A program made the position numbers and the translations under genes. Below the pieces are notes generated by a model. It was given only the letters and a program-made list of their open reading frames with translations, was not told the origin of the DNA and made no database searches. From the NCBI GenBank assembly GCA_049276635.1, contig JBASWU010000062.1, positions 39,464 to 103,463 of the forward strand: 64,000 bases of DNA, read 5' to 3'. Positions 13,584 to 23,163 of the stretch are shown here, piece by piece. This stretch comes from Solirubrobacterales bacterium (GTDB taxonomy: Bacteria > Actinomycetota > Thermoleophilia > Solirubrobacterales > JACPNS01). Every line of letters starts with the position of its first letter. The stretch's first letter is position 1.

Positions 13584-14539
13584 CGCGTACCGATTTCGGT
13601 CGGGATCGGCGCGGCTGCGGCCTGTTGCTTGCCACCCGATGGACCGGCGACGGCCAGCAGCTCGTAGAAGACCGCCATGCGGACGACGACGCCGGACGCG
13701 ACCTGGGCCGTAATCAGCGACCGCGGCGCGTCGACCACGCCGGGCGACAACTCGACGCCTCGGTTGACCGGACCGGGGTGCATAAGCAATTGACGCGGAC
13801 CCAGTCGCCGGCTGTCAATTTGATAACGCGCGGCGTACTCGCGAATCGAGGGAATGAGGCGGTCGCGCATGCGTTCGTTCTGCATCCGCAGCACGTAGAG
13901 CACGTCGGCGTCGGCCGAGCCGTCGAGTGAGTACGACACGGCGCACCCAAGCGCCTCGATCTCACGCGGGATCAAGGTCGGTGGGCCGCAGACCGTGACG
14001 TTCGCGCCGAGCTTGGTGAGCGCGAGGATGTTGCTCCGCGCGACACGACTGTGTAAGACGTCGCCGATGATCCAGACCTCTTTTCCATCGAGGGCTCCGA
14101 TGCGCCGGCGCAAGGTGTAGGCGTCCAGCAGCGCCTGGGTCGGATGCTCGTGCATGCCGTCGCCGGCGTTGATCACCGCGGCGTCGGTCCAGCGAGTGAC
14201 CATGCCGGGCGCGCCTACATGCGGGCTGCGCACGACGATCGCCGACGGCCCGTATGCCGAGAGCGTCTGCACGGTGTCGCGCAGCGACTCCCCCTTCTCC
14301 ACGCTCGAGCTGGCGGCCCGGATCGAAACGGTGTCGGCGCTGAGCCGCTTGGCGGCCAGGTCGAACGACGCGCTGGTGCGCGTCGAGTTCTCGAAAAAGA
14401 GACTGACGACCGTGCGCCCGGAGAGCGTCGGCAGTTTCTTGTTCTCACGGTCGCTGAGTTGAGCCAGGCTCTCGGCACGGTCGAGCAGGCGCTCGATCTC
14501 GGCGCGCGAGAGGTCCGAGATTCCGAGCAGATTGCGCAT
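13580..14539 (-). CDS. pyrB: aspartate carbamoyltransferase catalytic subunit
   Basis: 319-aa ORF with FFENSTRTSASF, HEHPTQALLD and LMHPGPVNRG motifs. Confidence 0.95.
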   Translation of the reverse strand: MRNLLGISDLSRAEIERLLDRAESLAQLSDRENKKLPTLSGRTVVSLFFENSTRTSASFDLAAKRLSADTVSIRAASSSVEKGESLRDTVQTLSAYGPSAIVVRSPHVGAPGMVTRWTDAAVINAGDGMHEHPTQALLDAYTLRRRIGALDGKEVWIIGDVLHSRVARSNILALTKLGANVTVCGPPTLIPREIEALGCAVSYSLDGSADADVLYVLRMQNERMRDRLIPSIREYAARYQIDSRRLGPRQLLMHPGPVNRGVELSPGVVDAPRSLITAQVASGVVVRMAVFYELLAVAGPSGGKQQAAAAPIPTEIGTR

Positions 14540-14541
14540 CT

Positions 14542-15123
14542 CTAGCCGGCCTTCTCGCCGGTCTCGACAGCGGCAGTAACTGGAACAATCGCGATCTCGT
14601 CGCTACCGTCGAGTTCTTCGACGCGCACATTCACGCGCTCGCCGATCCCGGTCGGCAGGTTTTTGCCGACGAAGTCCGGCCGGATCGGAAGTTCGCGATG
14701 ACCACGATCGGCCAGCACCGCCAGCTGGACCGCCGGCGGCCGGCCGAAACCGAACAGGGCGTCAATCGCGGCGCGCACCGTGCGCCCGGTGAAAAGCACG
14801 TCGTCGACGAGCACGATCACGAAATCATCGATCCCGAAATCGATGTTCGACGAATGCACCACCGGCTGCCGAGCGTCGACCTTGCGGCCGATGTCGTCGC
14901 GGTAGAAGGAGATGTCGATCTCGCCGACGGGAACCTCGCGCCGATCGAACTCGGCGATCGACGCGGCAAGCCGGCGCGCTATCGGCACGCCGCGGCGGTG
15001 AATCCCGACTAGGGCGAACCGACCGTCGCCGTTGCGTTCGACGATCTCGTGGGCGATGCGCACCAGGGTGCGTCGCAGATCATCGCGGTCGAGGACGACC
15101 TTTTCGGCGGCATCGTGTGCCAA
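14542..15123 (-). CDS. pyrR: bifunctional pyrimidine operon regulator / uracil phosphoribosyltransferase PyrR
   Basis: 193-aa ORF, first gene of the pyr operon. PRTase motif VIVLVDDVLFTGRTVRAA. Apparent TTG start at 15121-15123. Confidence 0.9.
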   Translation of the reverse strand: MAHDAAEKVVLDRDDLRRTLVRIAHEIVERNGDGRFALVGIHRRGVPIARRLAASIAEFDRREVPVGEIDISFYRDDIGRKVDARQPVVHSSNIDFGIDDFVIVLVDDVLFTGRTVRAAIDALFGFGRPPAVQLAVLADRGHRELPIRPDFVGKNLPTGIGERVNVRVEELDGSDEIAIVPVTAAVETGEKAG

Positions 15124-15130
15124 TTACTTA

Positions 15131-15165
15131 TCCTTCCTGGCCTCTCGGACCGGGTTAAAGGAGGT
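15131..15165 (-). promoter_or_regulatory. candidate PyrR-binding RNA hairpin overlapping the pyrR ribosome-binding site
   Basis: Minus-strand leader reads CUCCUUUAACCCGGUCCGAGAGGCCAGGAAGGAUAAGUAAUUG(start). GGUCCGAGAGGCC (15139-15151) resembles the PyrR binding-loop core UCCAGAGAGG and can form a 4-bp stem with a 5-nt loop. It abuts the RBS GGAAGGA (15131-15137). Confidence 0.5.
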
Positions 15166-15206
15166 TTCCGCCAGCGTAACAGAATCGGCGGTGGCCGCGG
15201 TACGGG

Positions 15207-16181
15207 CTAGTCACCGGCGACGGGGAGCGGCGCCCGGCCGGCGTCCCGGCTCTTGACCAGTTTCGGTTCACCGCGTTCCGGAAACGGAATCTCGACGCTG
15301 TCGAAATCGCGGGGCAACTCGGTATTCGCGAAGACCTCGCGCGCCTCCGACCTTAGCTCTTTGCCGAAGTAGCGCGCGGAGATGTGATTGAGACAAAGCA
15401 GCTTGACTTCCGCGGCTCTGGCGATTTCGGCGGCCTGCCGGGCGGTCGAATGACGTGTCTCGGCGGCGCGCGCGGCCTCGTCGTCGCCGAAACTCGACTC
15501 GTGGATCAGCAGGTCGGCCCCGAACGCGGCAATTCGGACCGATTCGCAGGGGGCCGTGTCCCCTGTGTAGACGACCTTGCGCCCGAGACGAGCTTCGCCC
15601 AGAACCTGATCGGGCGTCACGTGCCGTCCCGCGGCCGTCGTAACCGAGCCGCCGCGTTGCAGTACGCCGAACTGTGGGCCGGGCTTCACACCGAGCTCGA
15701 CCGCGACCTGCTCGTCGAAGCGGCCCGGCCGGCCGCCTTCGACCACGGCGTAGCCGGCCGCGACTCCCTGGTGCTCGACTGGAAACGGCACGACCTCGTA
15801 GCCCGCAAAGCGAACCGGCTCCGCAAACTCGAGCTCGCGGATAACCAGTTCATACGGCAGACCGGCGTAGAGCGGCTCGAGCGTGTGCATCAGCCTCGAC
15901 AGCCCACGCGGACCGTACACGCTGAGGGGAACCTCGCGGCCGCGAAGCGCGAAGGTCTTGAGCATGCCAGGCAGCCCGAGAACATGATCGGCGTGGAAGT
16001 GCGTGATGAAGACGTGTTCGAGGTCGGCAAGCCCGATCGACCTGATCATCTGTCGCTGAGTGCCCTCGCCGCAGTCGAAGAGCAGCGTGTCACCTCCCCG
16101 GCGCACGACCAACGCGGCGAGACCGCGGTCGGACGTCGGCACGGAGGCCGCCGTTCCGGCGAAAACCACTGAGAAATCCAT
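15207..16181 (-). CDS. rnz: ribonuclease Z (MBL fold)
   Basis: ORF 15207..16211. The likely start is the MDFSVVFAGT methionine at 16181. Motifs LFDCGEGTQRQM and ITHFHADHVLGLPG. Confidence 0.85.
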   Translation of the reverse strand: MDFSVVFAGTAASVPTSDRGLAALVVRRGGDTLLFDCGEGTQRQMIRSIGLADLEHVFITHFHADHVLGLPGMLKTFALRGREVPLSVYGPRGLSRLMHTLEPLYAGLPYELVIRELEFAEPVRFAGYEVVPFPVEHQGVAAGYAVVEGGRPGRFDEQVAVELGVKPGPQFGVLQRGGSVTTAAGRHVTPDQVLGEARLGRKVVYTGDTAPCESVRIAAFGADLLIHESSFGDDEAARAAETRHSTARQAAEIARAAEVKLLCLNHISARYFGKELRSEAREVFANTELPRDFDSVEIPFPERGEPKLVKSRDAGRAPLPVAGD

Positions 16182-16370
16182 TGCGCCTGACTCTACCGCC
16201 GGGACGGACACCGAACCGGCGGGAACGCGGAAACCGTCGAAAGGCTAAAGATTCCGTGCCCGGCGGCCGAAAAGCGGTGCATGGGATCAATCGGGCGCGG
16301 CACGGACCGCAAGCGCTCCAACCGCTCCGATCATCGATCGACGCACGGTGAACGACGCGCGCCGAAGGTC

Positions 16371-17843
16371 ATGCTGGCGTTCGCCGTCTACACGGCAGTT
16401 GCAATCCTGGTCGCGATCTTGGTCGTGGTTCTCGTTGTTCGCGAAAAAGTCGAGGACAGCTCGATTCAGACCGTCACCGAGCACACCGGGTTCGTGGCGA
16501 GCGCGGTGATCCCCGGCCGAGTCACGGCCGAGCAGTGGCGCGGTCCGGTCACCGGAACGCGGCTCGACGCTTTGGACAAAGCGCTCAAGCGAGATCTGCT
16601 GACCGGCGGCGTTATTCGTGTCAGCCTCTACAACGCCGACGGCCTGACGATCTATTCAAGCGAAAGGTCGCTGATCGGCAAGCCCGCCGACCGTCGCTCA
16701 AGACTCCAGGCGGCGATCCGTGGAGCCAATGTCACGGGTATCTCGTCGCTCAAGGCTACGGAGGTAGCCGGTGACGACCGCAAAGTGATCGAGTCGTTTG
16801 CGCCGGTCAAGTACCGTGGCGCGGATCGCACCTCGGGAGTTCTCGTTTTTTACACCGATTACGCGCTGGTTGCCAGCTCGGTTCGCGATCAAGCTGCGCC
16901 GTTGACGATCGCGTTGCTGGCGGTGATGCTCGCCTTCTACCTGGCCCTGTTGCCGATACTGCGTCGCACCACCCGCGCTCTGGCGTTCAGCAATGTTGAG
17001 TTGCGCCGCCACGCCAACGAGCTCAAAGAAAACCTCGCGCAGCGCGCCGACATCGAAGACCGCCTGCGCGAGACGATCGCCGAACTGGAGCGTTCCGAGA
17101 ACCAGCTCGCGCTGTCGCAGGAGGAGACGATCATTCGACTCTCGATCGCCGTCGAAAGCCGTGATGCCGACACCGGCAGCCATATCGAGCGGATGGGCCA
17201 GTACTGCGCGTTGCTCGCGGAGAAACTTAACTGGAGCGAGGATCGCGGACAGCTGCTGCGAATCGCCAGCCCACTGCACGACGTCGGAAAAATCGCGATT
17301 CCCGACGGCGTGCTGCAGAAGCCGGGATCGCTCACCGACGCCGAGCGCCTCGAGATGGAGCGCCATGCCGAGATCGGTCACCGGATTCTCGCCGGCTCCG
17401 ACAGCCCGCTGCTTGACCTCGCGGCTCGTATCGCTCTGACTCACCATGAAAAATGGGACGGCTCGGGGTATCCGAAAGGCCTCGCCGGCGACGAAATCCC
17501 GGTCGAGGGGCGCATCGCGGCGATCGCCGATGTGTTCGACGCCCTCACCAGCGATCGTGTCTACCGGCCGGCCATGCCGATCGAAAAAGCGCTCTCGATC
17601 CTGGCCGAGGGACGCGGCAGTCATTTCGATCCAGTGATACTCGACACCTTTTTTGACTCGCTTGACGAGGTCCTCGCGATCCGCAATAGCCGCGATGCGG
17701 CGCCAGAGCCGGCCAGCGACGATGCCCAGGGTCATCGCGAGCACCGCCGTCACGGCAAACGCAAGACGGTGGCCGCGGCACAGGCGGCGCCGGGGTCGTT
17801 TTCATCGGATGCCGATGGCGAGCGCCGCTCGCTGGTAGGCTGA
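16371..17843 (+). CDS. membrane-bound HD-GYP domain protein (probable cyclic-di-GMP phosphodiesterase) with extracytoplasmic sensor region
   Basis: ORF 16281..17843. Likely start ATG 16371 (GAAGG RBS) giving the TM helix MLAFAVYTAVAILVAILVVVLVV; second TM LTIALLAVMLAFYLALLPIL; coiled coil. HD-GYP motifs HIERMGQY, HDVGKIAIP, HHEKWDGSGYP. Confidence 0.85.
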   Translation: MLAFAVYTAVAILVAILVVVLVVREKVEDSSIQTVTEHTGFVASAVIPGRVTAEQWRGPVTGTRLDALDKALKRDLLTGGVIRVSLYNADGLTIYSSERSLIGKPADRRSRLQAAIRGANVTGISSLKATEVAGDDRKVIESFAPVKYRGADRTSGVLVFYTDYALVASSVRDQAAPLTIALLAVMLAFYLALLPILRRTTRALAFSNVELRRHANELKENLAQRADIEDRLRETIAELERSENQLALSQEETIIRLSIAVESRDADTGSHIERMGQYCALLAEKLNWSEDRGQLLRIASPLHDVGKIAIPDGVLQKPGSLTDAERLEMERHAEIGHRILAGSDSPLLDLAARIALTHHEKWDGSGYPKGLAGDEIPVEGRIAAIADVFDALTSDRVYRPAMPIEKALSILAEGRGSHFDPVILDTFFDSLDEVLAIRNSRDAAPEPASDDAQGHREHRRHGKRKTVAAAQAAPGSFSSDADGERRSLVG

Positions 17844-17910
17844 GCGACGTTCGTCGATCGTCGTCGTTTTGCCCGTCACGCGGGCAAACCAGCCCGCGTC
17901 GAACACCTTT

Positions 17911-17983
17911 GCGCGCATAGCTCAGTGGATAGAGCGCTGCCCTCCGAAGGCAGAGGTCGCAGGTTCAAATCCTGCTGCGCGCG
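17911..17983 (+). tRNA. tRNA-Arg (anticodon CCG)
   Basis: 73-nt cloverleaf read by hand. Acceptor GCGCGCA/TGCGCGC, D arm GCTC-AGTGGATA-GAGC, anticodon arm CTGCC-CTCCGAA-GGCAG, T arm GCAGG-TTCAAAT-CCTGC, discriminator G. No encoded CCA. Confidence 0.95.
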
Positions 17984-18000
17984 CTGATTGGCGCCGGAGG

Positions 18001-18729
18001 TCAGATCGCGGCGGCGGCGAACCCGACCGCGAATCCCGTCGTCGTGAACAGCCCCGCGAGCTTTCCCTCGAGAACGAACGCCTGCGGCATCATCGTGTCG
18101 GCGAGCATCGTCAGCAGCGCGCCGGCGGCGAACGCCATCATCGCCGCGACCAGCTCGTCGGGCGCCTGGTCGAACACGGCGTACCCGGCCAGCGAGGAAA
18201 GACCCGCGACCAACGCAACACTCCCCCACATCAGCAAAAGGCCGCGCTTCGACCAGCCGCCGCTCAGTAACCCGGTCGTCGAGGCGATCGACTCCGGGAG
18301 GTTCGAGAGAAAGACCGCGACTACGACCGCGGCGTTTACTCCCGCTCCCCTCACCAGGCTCAGCCCGATCACGACGTTCTCCGGAACTCCGTCGAGGATC
18401 GTTCCCAACAGAATCGCCTTCGAGTTGCTTTCAGCGGCAGGCGGTTCGACGTTCTTGCGGTGTTGTCCACCCATGCGGTCGATCAGCGTGTCGCCGGCGA
18501 AAAACACGATCGCTCCGCTAAAGAGCCCGATTGCGACCGACCAATCGCCATCGGTCGACTCCACCGCCTCTTGGACCAGTTCGAACGACACGGCGCTGAT
18601 CAGCACCCCGGCGCCAAATGCCATCACCACGCCCAGCGTGCGCCGGCCGACCGTAGTGACGAACACCAGCAACGCCCCGAGTACGAGCGACACCCCCCCG
18701 GCGAGACCCCACAAGAACGCTTCGGCCAT
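18001..18729 (-). CDS. ZIP-family divalent metal (zinc) transporter
   Basis: 242-aa polytopic membrane ORF with ZupT/ZIP-like features: LGTILDGVPENVVIGLSL and FLSNLPESIAS. Confidence 0.8.
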   Translation of the reverse strand: MAEAFLWGLAGGVSLVLGALLVFVTTVGRRTLGVVMAFGAGVLISAVSFELVQEAVESTDGDWSVAIGLFSGAIVFFAGDTLIDRMGGQHRKNVEPPAAESNSKAILLGTILDGVPENVVIGLSLVRGAGVNAAVVVAVFLSNLPESIASTTGLLSGGWSKRGLLLMWGSVALVAGLSSLAGYAVFDQAPDELVAAMMAFAAGALLTMLADTMMPQAFVLEGKLAGLFTTTGFAVGFAAAAI

Positions 18730-18882
18730 CGCCAGAGTGTCGACGAAGCCTCGGCGGGAATCACCGTGACCGCTCGTTTACCGCGCAGTTTGCGCCAAAG
18801 GCGCGAGCCGGATCGCCCGAAGCGGCCGAATCGTCCGTTTCGCGCCGTAACCTGGCCTGACATCGACGTTGGGACTCGCCGG

Positions 18883-19233
18883 ATGACTCGGATCGACAAT
18901 ACGCCCGACCAGACAGCCGCCGCCGGGCTGGAAATCTGCCCGACCTGCTTCTCGGATCTCGTGCAGCCGGTCGAGGCGCGCGCCCACGCCGCCGGCACCG
19001 TCAGGCTGACCCTCCGCTGCCCGGAGTGCGAGCGGCTCAGCACCGGTCACTTCAGCTGGGAACAGGCGCGCGAGTTCGGGCGCGTCTTTGCGGCCGCCAA
19101 GGCCGGTCTTCGCATCGCCCACGACGACCTCGCCCGTGAGAACTTCCGCGACGAACTCGACTGCTTAGTACTCGCGCTGGCGGCCGACCTGATCGGCCCC
19201 GACGACTTCAAACCGTTCCGCCACCTCGGCTGA
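18883..19233 (+). CDS. hypothetical protein with a CxxC...CxxC zinc-ribbon
   Basis: The internal ATG at 18883 of track ORF 18460..19233 avoids overlap with the ZIP gene. 116 aa: MTRIDNTPDQTAAAGLEICPTCFSDLV...LRCPECERLSTGHF. No family recognised. Confidence 0.45.
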   Translation: MTRIDNTPDQTAAAGLEICPTCFSDLVQPVEARAHAAGTVRLTLRCPECERLSTGHFSWEQAREFGRVFAAAKAGLRIAHDDLARENFRDELDCLVLALAADLIGPDDFKPFRHLG

Positions 19234-19248
19234 TCGAGCGGCCCAGAG

Positions 19249-20559
19249 CTATTGCCGGGTTCCCTCCGCCGGCATTGCCAAGCGATCGATCGCCGCTTGA
19301 CGCCGGCGGCGGATCGCCGTGTGCGCGACCGACCATGCGAGCAGGCCGATGATCGCGATCGGCGCCGCGATCGCCAGCGAGACCAGCAGGACGGCGGCGA
19401 TGTAGGTCAAGGCGTCGACGGCGATCCCGGCGGCGCGCTCGAGCGTGCCCTCGCCGACTGCAGCCAGCGAGTCGTCGGCTTCGATCGTTAGCGCGAGCGG
19501 GACGAAGCTCTCCCGTGTTCTTAACTCGGCGAGACGTGTCCGGTTGGCCCGCACGGTCCGCCGCGCGCGCCGTAGACGCGCACGTAGGGCCGGTTTTTCC
19601 GTGTCGGCGGTCGCCGGCGCGGTGATCAGGGCGCTAATCCGCGCGACGCGCTTGAGCGCGACTTTCAGTCGCCGCTCGGCGGCGTTGTGAACGACGGTCA
19701 CGTCGGCGCTGTTCTGCGTCCGCGAACGGACGTGCGCGATCTTCGACAACTCGGCAAGGGTCGCCGAAAAGCGCGCGGCGGGAATCTGCAGCTGGAACGT
19801 CGCGCCGGCGCTCTCGCCGCTGGACACATCGGAGTTGAGCACATACCCGCCAAAGCGATCGGTAACCGCGATCACCTCGTCGGCGACGGCCTCCAATTGG
19901 TCGCCGCGCGTGGCGAGCTTCAGCGACGCGACGCGCTCCACATTGCGCGTGGCGTTTTCCGAGAGGACTTCGCCGGATCTGCCCGTCCCGGTAAACGGCG
20001 CCGACTTCGGCGCGGCCGCCGACGGCGGGACGACTCCAGTGGCCATATCCGGCGATGTGGCCAACGGCGCCCGCGGCTGCGCCGAGACCGCGTTGTCGGT
20101 CGCGCCCCGTCGCGATCCTCGCGCGAGCTCGGCGTCGCCGGCCTGCCGTTGCGCGATCGGCTGGCCGCCGCCGGACACCGATTCGCCCGCGTCAAAGAGA
20201 GCGCCGCCCGACAGGGTGACGACGGACGCGCCGAGAACGACGGCCGCGAGCGCTCCGGCCAGTGGAGCCGGACGCAGCGCTAACGAGGCCCAGCGGCCGA
20301 GTCGGTCCGCCACCGGCCCGGCCGATCGGCCGGGAGACGCGTTACCGCGTCCAACAAACCGCTCGTCCATCCGCGTCGCGAATTGACCATCGGCCGGCCG
20401 CGGACGCGAATCCCGGACCAGGGTCGCGAAGTTCATCAGACCGGCATCGTCGGCGCCTTGACCGCCGACCCCCGACAACGCGCTGTCGACCACGGTCGTC
20501 TCGTGCGCGATCCGGTCGTCAATTTCGAAATCACGGCGTAATTTGAGCCGGTTAAGCAT
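19249..20559 (-). CDS. putative anti-sigma factor with extracytoplasmic DUF4349-like domain
   Basis: 436-aa ORF whose start overlaps the ECF sigma stop by 8 nt. One TM after the N-terminal cytoplasmic part (LAGALAAVVLGASVVTL). C-terminal region (ATFQLQIPAARFSATLAELSK, coiled coil, terminal TM) resembles DUF4349. Confidence 0.65.
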   Translation of the reverse strand: MLNRLKLRRDFEIDDRIAHETTVVDSALSGVGGQGADDAGLMNFATLVRDSRPRPADGQFATRMDERFVGRGNASPGRSAGPVADRLGRWASLALRPAPLAGALAAVVLGASVVTLSGGALFDAGESVSGGGQPIAQRQAGDAELARGSRRGATDNAVSAQPRAPLATSPDMATGVVPPSAAAPKSAPFTGTGRSGEVLSENATRNVERVASLKLATRGDQLEAVADEVIAVTDRFGGYVLNSDVSSGESAGATFQLQIPAARFSATLAELSKIAHVRSRTQNSADVTVVHNAAERRLKVALKRVARISALITAPATADTEKPALRARLRRARRTVRANRTRLAELRTRESFVPLALTIEADDSLAAVGEGTLERAAGIAVDALTYIAAVLLVSLAIAAPIAIIGLLAWSVAHTAIRRRRQAAIDRLAMPAEGTRQ

Positions 20560-21094
20560 CGAGCGCCTCCCTCAGTTTTGCGATCGCACGGTGAAGCTGC
20601 GATCCAACGTTGCTTTCCGACTGTCCAAGCACGCGAGCGATCTCGCGGTTGCCGAGCCCGGCGAAGAATTTCAGCGCCACCAGTTCGCGCTGGCGGGGAG
20701 CCAGGTCGCGCAACGCGGCCACGACGTCAATCCGGTCGTCGGCGCGATCGGGTCCGGCCGCGAGCCGGGGATCTACGAGCGCGATATCGAGCACGCTTTG
20801 GCGGTTGCCGCGGCGAAGTTCGTCGATCCCGGCGTTGCGGGCGATACGAAACAGCCATGCCCGAATGTCGCCGCGCCGCGCATCGAACGTGTGGCGTTTG
20901 CGAAAAGCGCGTTCGAACGCCTGTGCGGCGACCTCTTCGGCGAGCGACGCGTCGCCGAGCAGGTATGCGAGGTACGAATAAAGATCGTCGCGGGTGTCGC
21001 GATAAAGCAGCTCAAAGGCGCGGTCGCCGCGCGGGGCCGATGAGCCGGAGGACCGCTCCGGCCGCCTGGTTTCTTTCTCGATCACCTGCGCCAT
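20552..21094 (-). CDS. ECF-family RNA polymerase sigma-70 factor
   Basis: 180-aa ORF. Region 2 (DDLYSYLAYLLGDASLAEEVAAQAFERAF, WLFRIARNAGIDELRR) and region 4 (LAPRQRELVALKFFAGLGNREIARVLGQSESNVGSQLHRAIAKLR). Confidence 0.9.
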   Translation of the reverse strand: MAQVIEKETRRPERSSGSSAPRGDRAFELLYRDTRDDLYSYLAYLLGDASLAEEVAAQAFERAFRKRHTFDARRGDIRAWLFRIARNAGIDELRRGNRQSVLDIALVDPRLAAGPDRADDRIDVVAALRDLAPRQRELVALKFFAGLGNREIARVLGQSESNVGSQLHRAIAKLREALDA

Positions 21095-21166
21095 ACCCTT
21101 ACTACGGCGTGACGCTTCGGTTCATCACAGCGCGCCGGCGATTTTTTTCCCGGGCCTCGCGGGCGT

Positions 21167-21403
21167 TCAGGGTTCTTGCCGTCCGCGCGTACGGCCCGCC
21201 GCGGCGCGTCCGGCCGCCGACGACAGGCCGGACACCACGATCGCCCCTACGAACATGACCGCGACGGCGACTTCAAACTTGACCGTGCCGAGCGCCAGCC
21301 CGCCGGCAAACAACCCAAGGACGGTCGCGGCAAGCCACAGCCGAGCGCGGCGCGCACGCTCGTAGCCGGCGTCGGCGAGTCGCCGGGCACGAACATCAGG
21401 CAA
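21167..21403 (-). CDS. possible small two-TM membrane protein (weak call)
   Basis: C-terminal part of track ORF 21167..21655, taken from an in-frame TTG at 21403. Contains WLAATVLGLFAGGLALGTVKFEVAVAVMFVGAIVVSGL. Third-position GC is high in this frame. No family recognised and the start is uncertain. Confidence 0.3.
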   Translation of the reverse strand: MPDVRARRLADAGYERARRARLWLAATVLGLFAGGLALGTVKFEVAVAVMFVGAIVVSGLSSAAGRAAAGRTRGRQEP

Positions 21404-21818
21404 ACTCGGTGAGCGTCCGTCACGATGCGCGACGGAAGCCGGCACCGCCAACACGGGGACGGTGTCTGGCCGCCCGCGCCGGTTCCGACCAGCGCGTCGC
21501 CCGGCCCGGTCGAAGCCGCCACGTCGACGGGTCTGGTCGCAGGCGGCGGCGCGCGTATGCTCGACACGGCGCGACAACCGTCCGGCTGGACGGCCGCGCC
21601 CTGTGCGATGTGGTCGGCCAGCGTGTGGCAATATTGGTCCCTCCCTCGCGAACATCCAACCTCATCAGCCGGACGGTCCGTGGCGATTTTCGTTGGGGCA
21701 AGTTGCGTCCGGTCGGTCCTGGCGCCTTCGGTTCGAGGGCTCAATTCGCCCGACACTCACCGGCGCCTCCCGGTCGGTCGACGTCGGGCACGCGGCGGAC
21801 AACGCCGAACGAACGACC

Positions 21819-22574
21819 ATGGCTTCTAAATCTCGAGACTCTCCCACATACCCCGAACTTAGGCTGCTCAAGCGGTTCCGCGAAACCGGCGACGATGCCG
21901 CGCTGGATGAACTTGTCGAACTGATGCTGCCGTGGGTTCGCCGGGTCGCACTACGTTACGCCAATCGAGGCCAGGACATCGACGATTTGATCCAGGTTGG
22001 GTCGGTCGGATTACTCAAGGCCATCGAGCGCTTTGATTTCGACCGCGGCGTTCTGCTGACGACGTTCGCCGAACCGACCGTCGCCGGCGAAATCAAGCGC
22101 TACTTCCGCGATCACAGTTGGACCGTACGACCGCCGCGCGACCTGCAAGAGCTCAGCACCCGGGTCCGGCGTTCGATCGACGCGCTTTCGCTGCGGCTGC
22201 GGCGGTCGCCGACCCCGGCCGAGATCGCCGAAGCGCTTGAGATAACCATCGAGGATGTGTTGGAGGCGATTCACGCCGGAGCGGCCCACGACGGCGTGCC
22301 GCTGACGACCGGGGACGATCCCGACACGACCGGTTCCGGAAACGTACCGGCGGCAGCGGACCGCGGTCTCGCTCAAACCGAGCTCCGCGCGACGCTAGGC
22401 TCGGCGTTTGCCGGGCTCTCCGATCGAGACAGAGCCGTTGTCTACATGAGTTTCTTTCAGGACCTCACCCAGTCCGAAATCGCCGCCGCAGTGGGTGTCT
22501 CGCAGATGCAGGTTTCGCGTATTCTCCGTGCCGCGCTCAAACTGGCCCGTGGCGCGCTTGCCGAGGGGAACTAG
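21819..22574 (+). CDS. SigB/SigF/SigG-type (group 3) RNA polymerase sigma factor
   Basis: ATG at 21819 within track ORF 21462..22574; 251 aa. Motifs DLIQVGSVGLLKAIERFD, FAEPTVAGEIKRYFRDHSWTVRPPR, and region 4 LTQSEIAAAVGVSQMQVSRILRAAL. Confidence 0.9.
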   Translation: MASKSRDSPTYPELRLLKRFRETGDDAALDELVELMLPWVRRVALRYANRGQDIDDLIQVGSVGLLKAIERFDFDRGVLLTTFAEPTVAGEIKRYFRDHSWTVRPPRDLQELSTRVRRSIDALSLRLRRSPTPAEIAEALEITIEDVLEAIHAGAAHDGVPLTTGDDPDTTGSGNVPAAADRGLAQTELRATLGSAFAGLSDRDRAVVYMSFFQDLTQSEIAAAVGVSQMQVSRILRAALKLARGALAEGN

Positions 22575-22716
22575 GGATGCATAGTCGCCGCCCAGTCACT
22601 TTTTCCGTCCGGCACTCCTGTTCTCGCCGCCGCCGAGGTTTCGCCCTCCGAGTTTTAGGGGTAAGTGATACCCATAGGGTGTCACCATCGAACATCACGA
22701 GTCGAGGCAAGATCCG

Positions 22717-23163
22717 ATGAATTTCACGCTCCAGACCGGACATGACCCCGCGCTGCTGATCAGGCTTGAGGCGCGGGCCGAGAACGTGATGCTGGTACGC
22801 CAGGCGATCGAGGGCGCCGTTCGCGAGATCGGCGCGGACCCGACGGTCATCGACGACATCAAACTGGCGGTGACCGAGGCCTGTTCCAACGTTGTCAAGT
22901 ACGCGTATGACGCCGGCATCGGCGAGATGGAAATCGCCCTGACATCCGACCAATCCTCGATCGCAGTGACGATCGAGGATTTTGGCGAGTGGCGCGAACA
23001 TGACACGGCGGACGACATCGAGCTGTCGGGAATGGGAATTCCGCTGATGAAGGCCGTTACGTCCCGCCACAGCATGCTTCGCACCGCCGGCGGCACGCAG
23101 GTAGCGCTCGAGTTCTCGCGGCAGCCCGGCGACGCCGTTTCGGCGAAAAACGCGGATGAGTAG
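22717..23163 (+). CDS. anti-sigma factor serine kinase (RsbW/SpoIIAB-like HATPase)
   Basis: 148-aa ORF. N-box-like LAVTEACSNVVKYAY, G-box-like IEDFGEW and SGMGIPLM. Part of the cluster with sigma, PP2C and STAS genes. Confidence 0.85.
   Translation: MNFTLQTGHDPALLIRLEARAENVMLVRQAIEGAVREIGADPTVIDDIKLAVTEACSNVVKYAYDAGIGEMEIALTSDQSSIAVTIEDFGEWREHDTADDIELSGMGIPLMKAVTSRHSMLRTAGGTQVALEFSRQPGDAVSAKNADE

Noticed and set aside
17873-17893. 8-bp hairpin TTTGCCCG-TCACG-CGGGCAAA between the HD-GYP gene and tRNA-Arg as a possible terminator
   Set aside because: There is no U tract after the stem on either strand, because the T/A runs are part of the stem itself. Support for an intrinsic terminator is insufficient.
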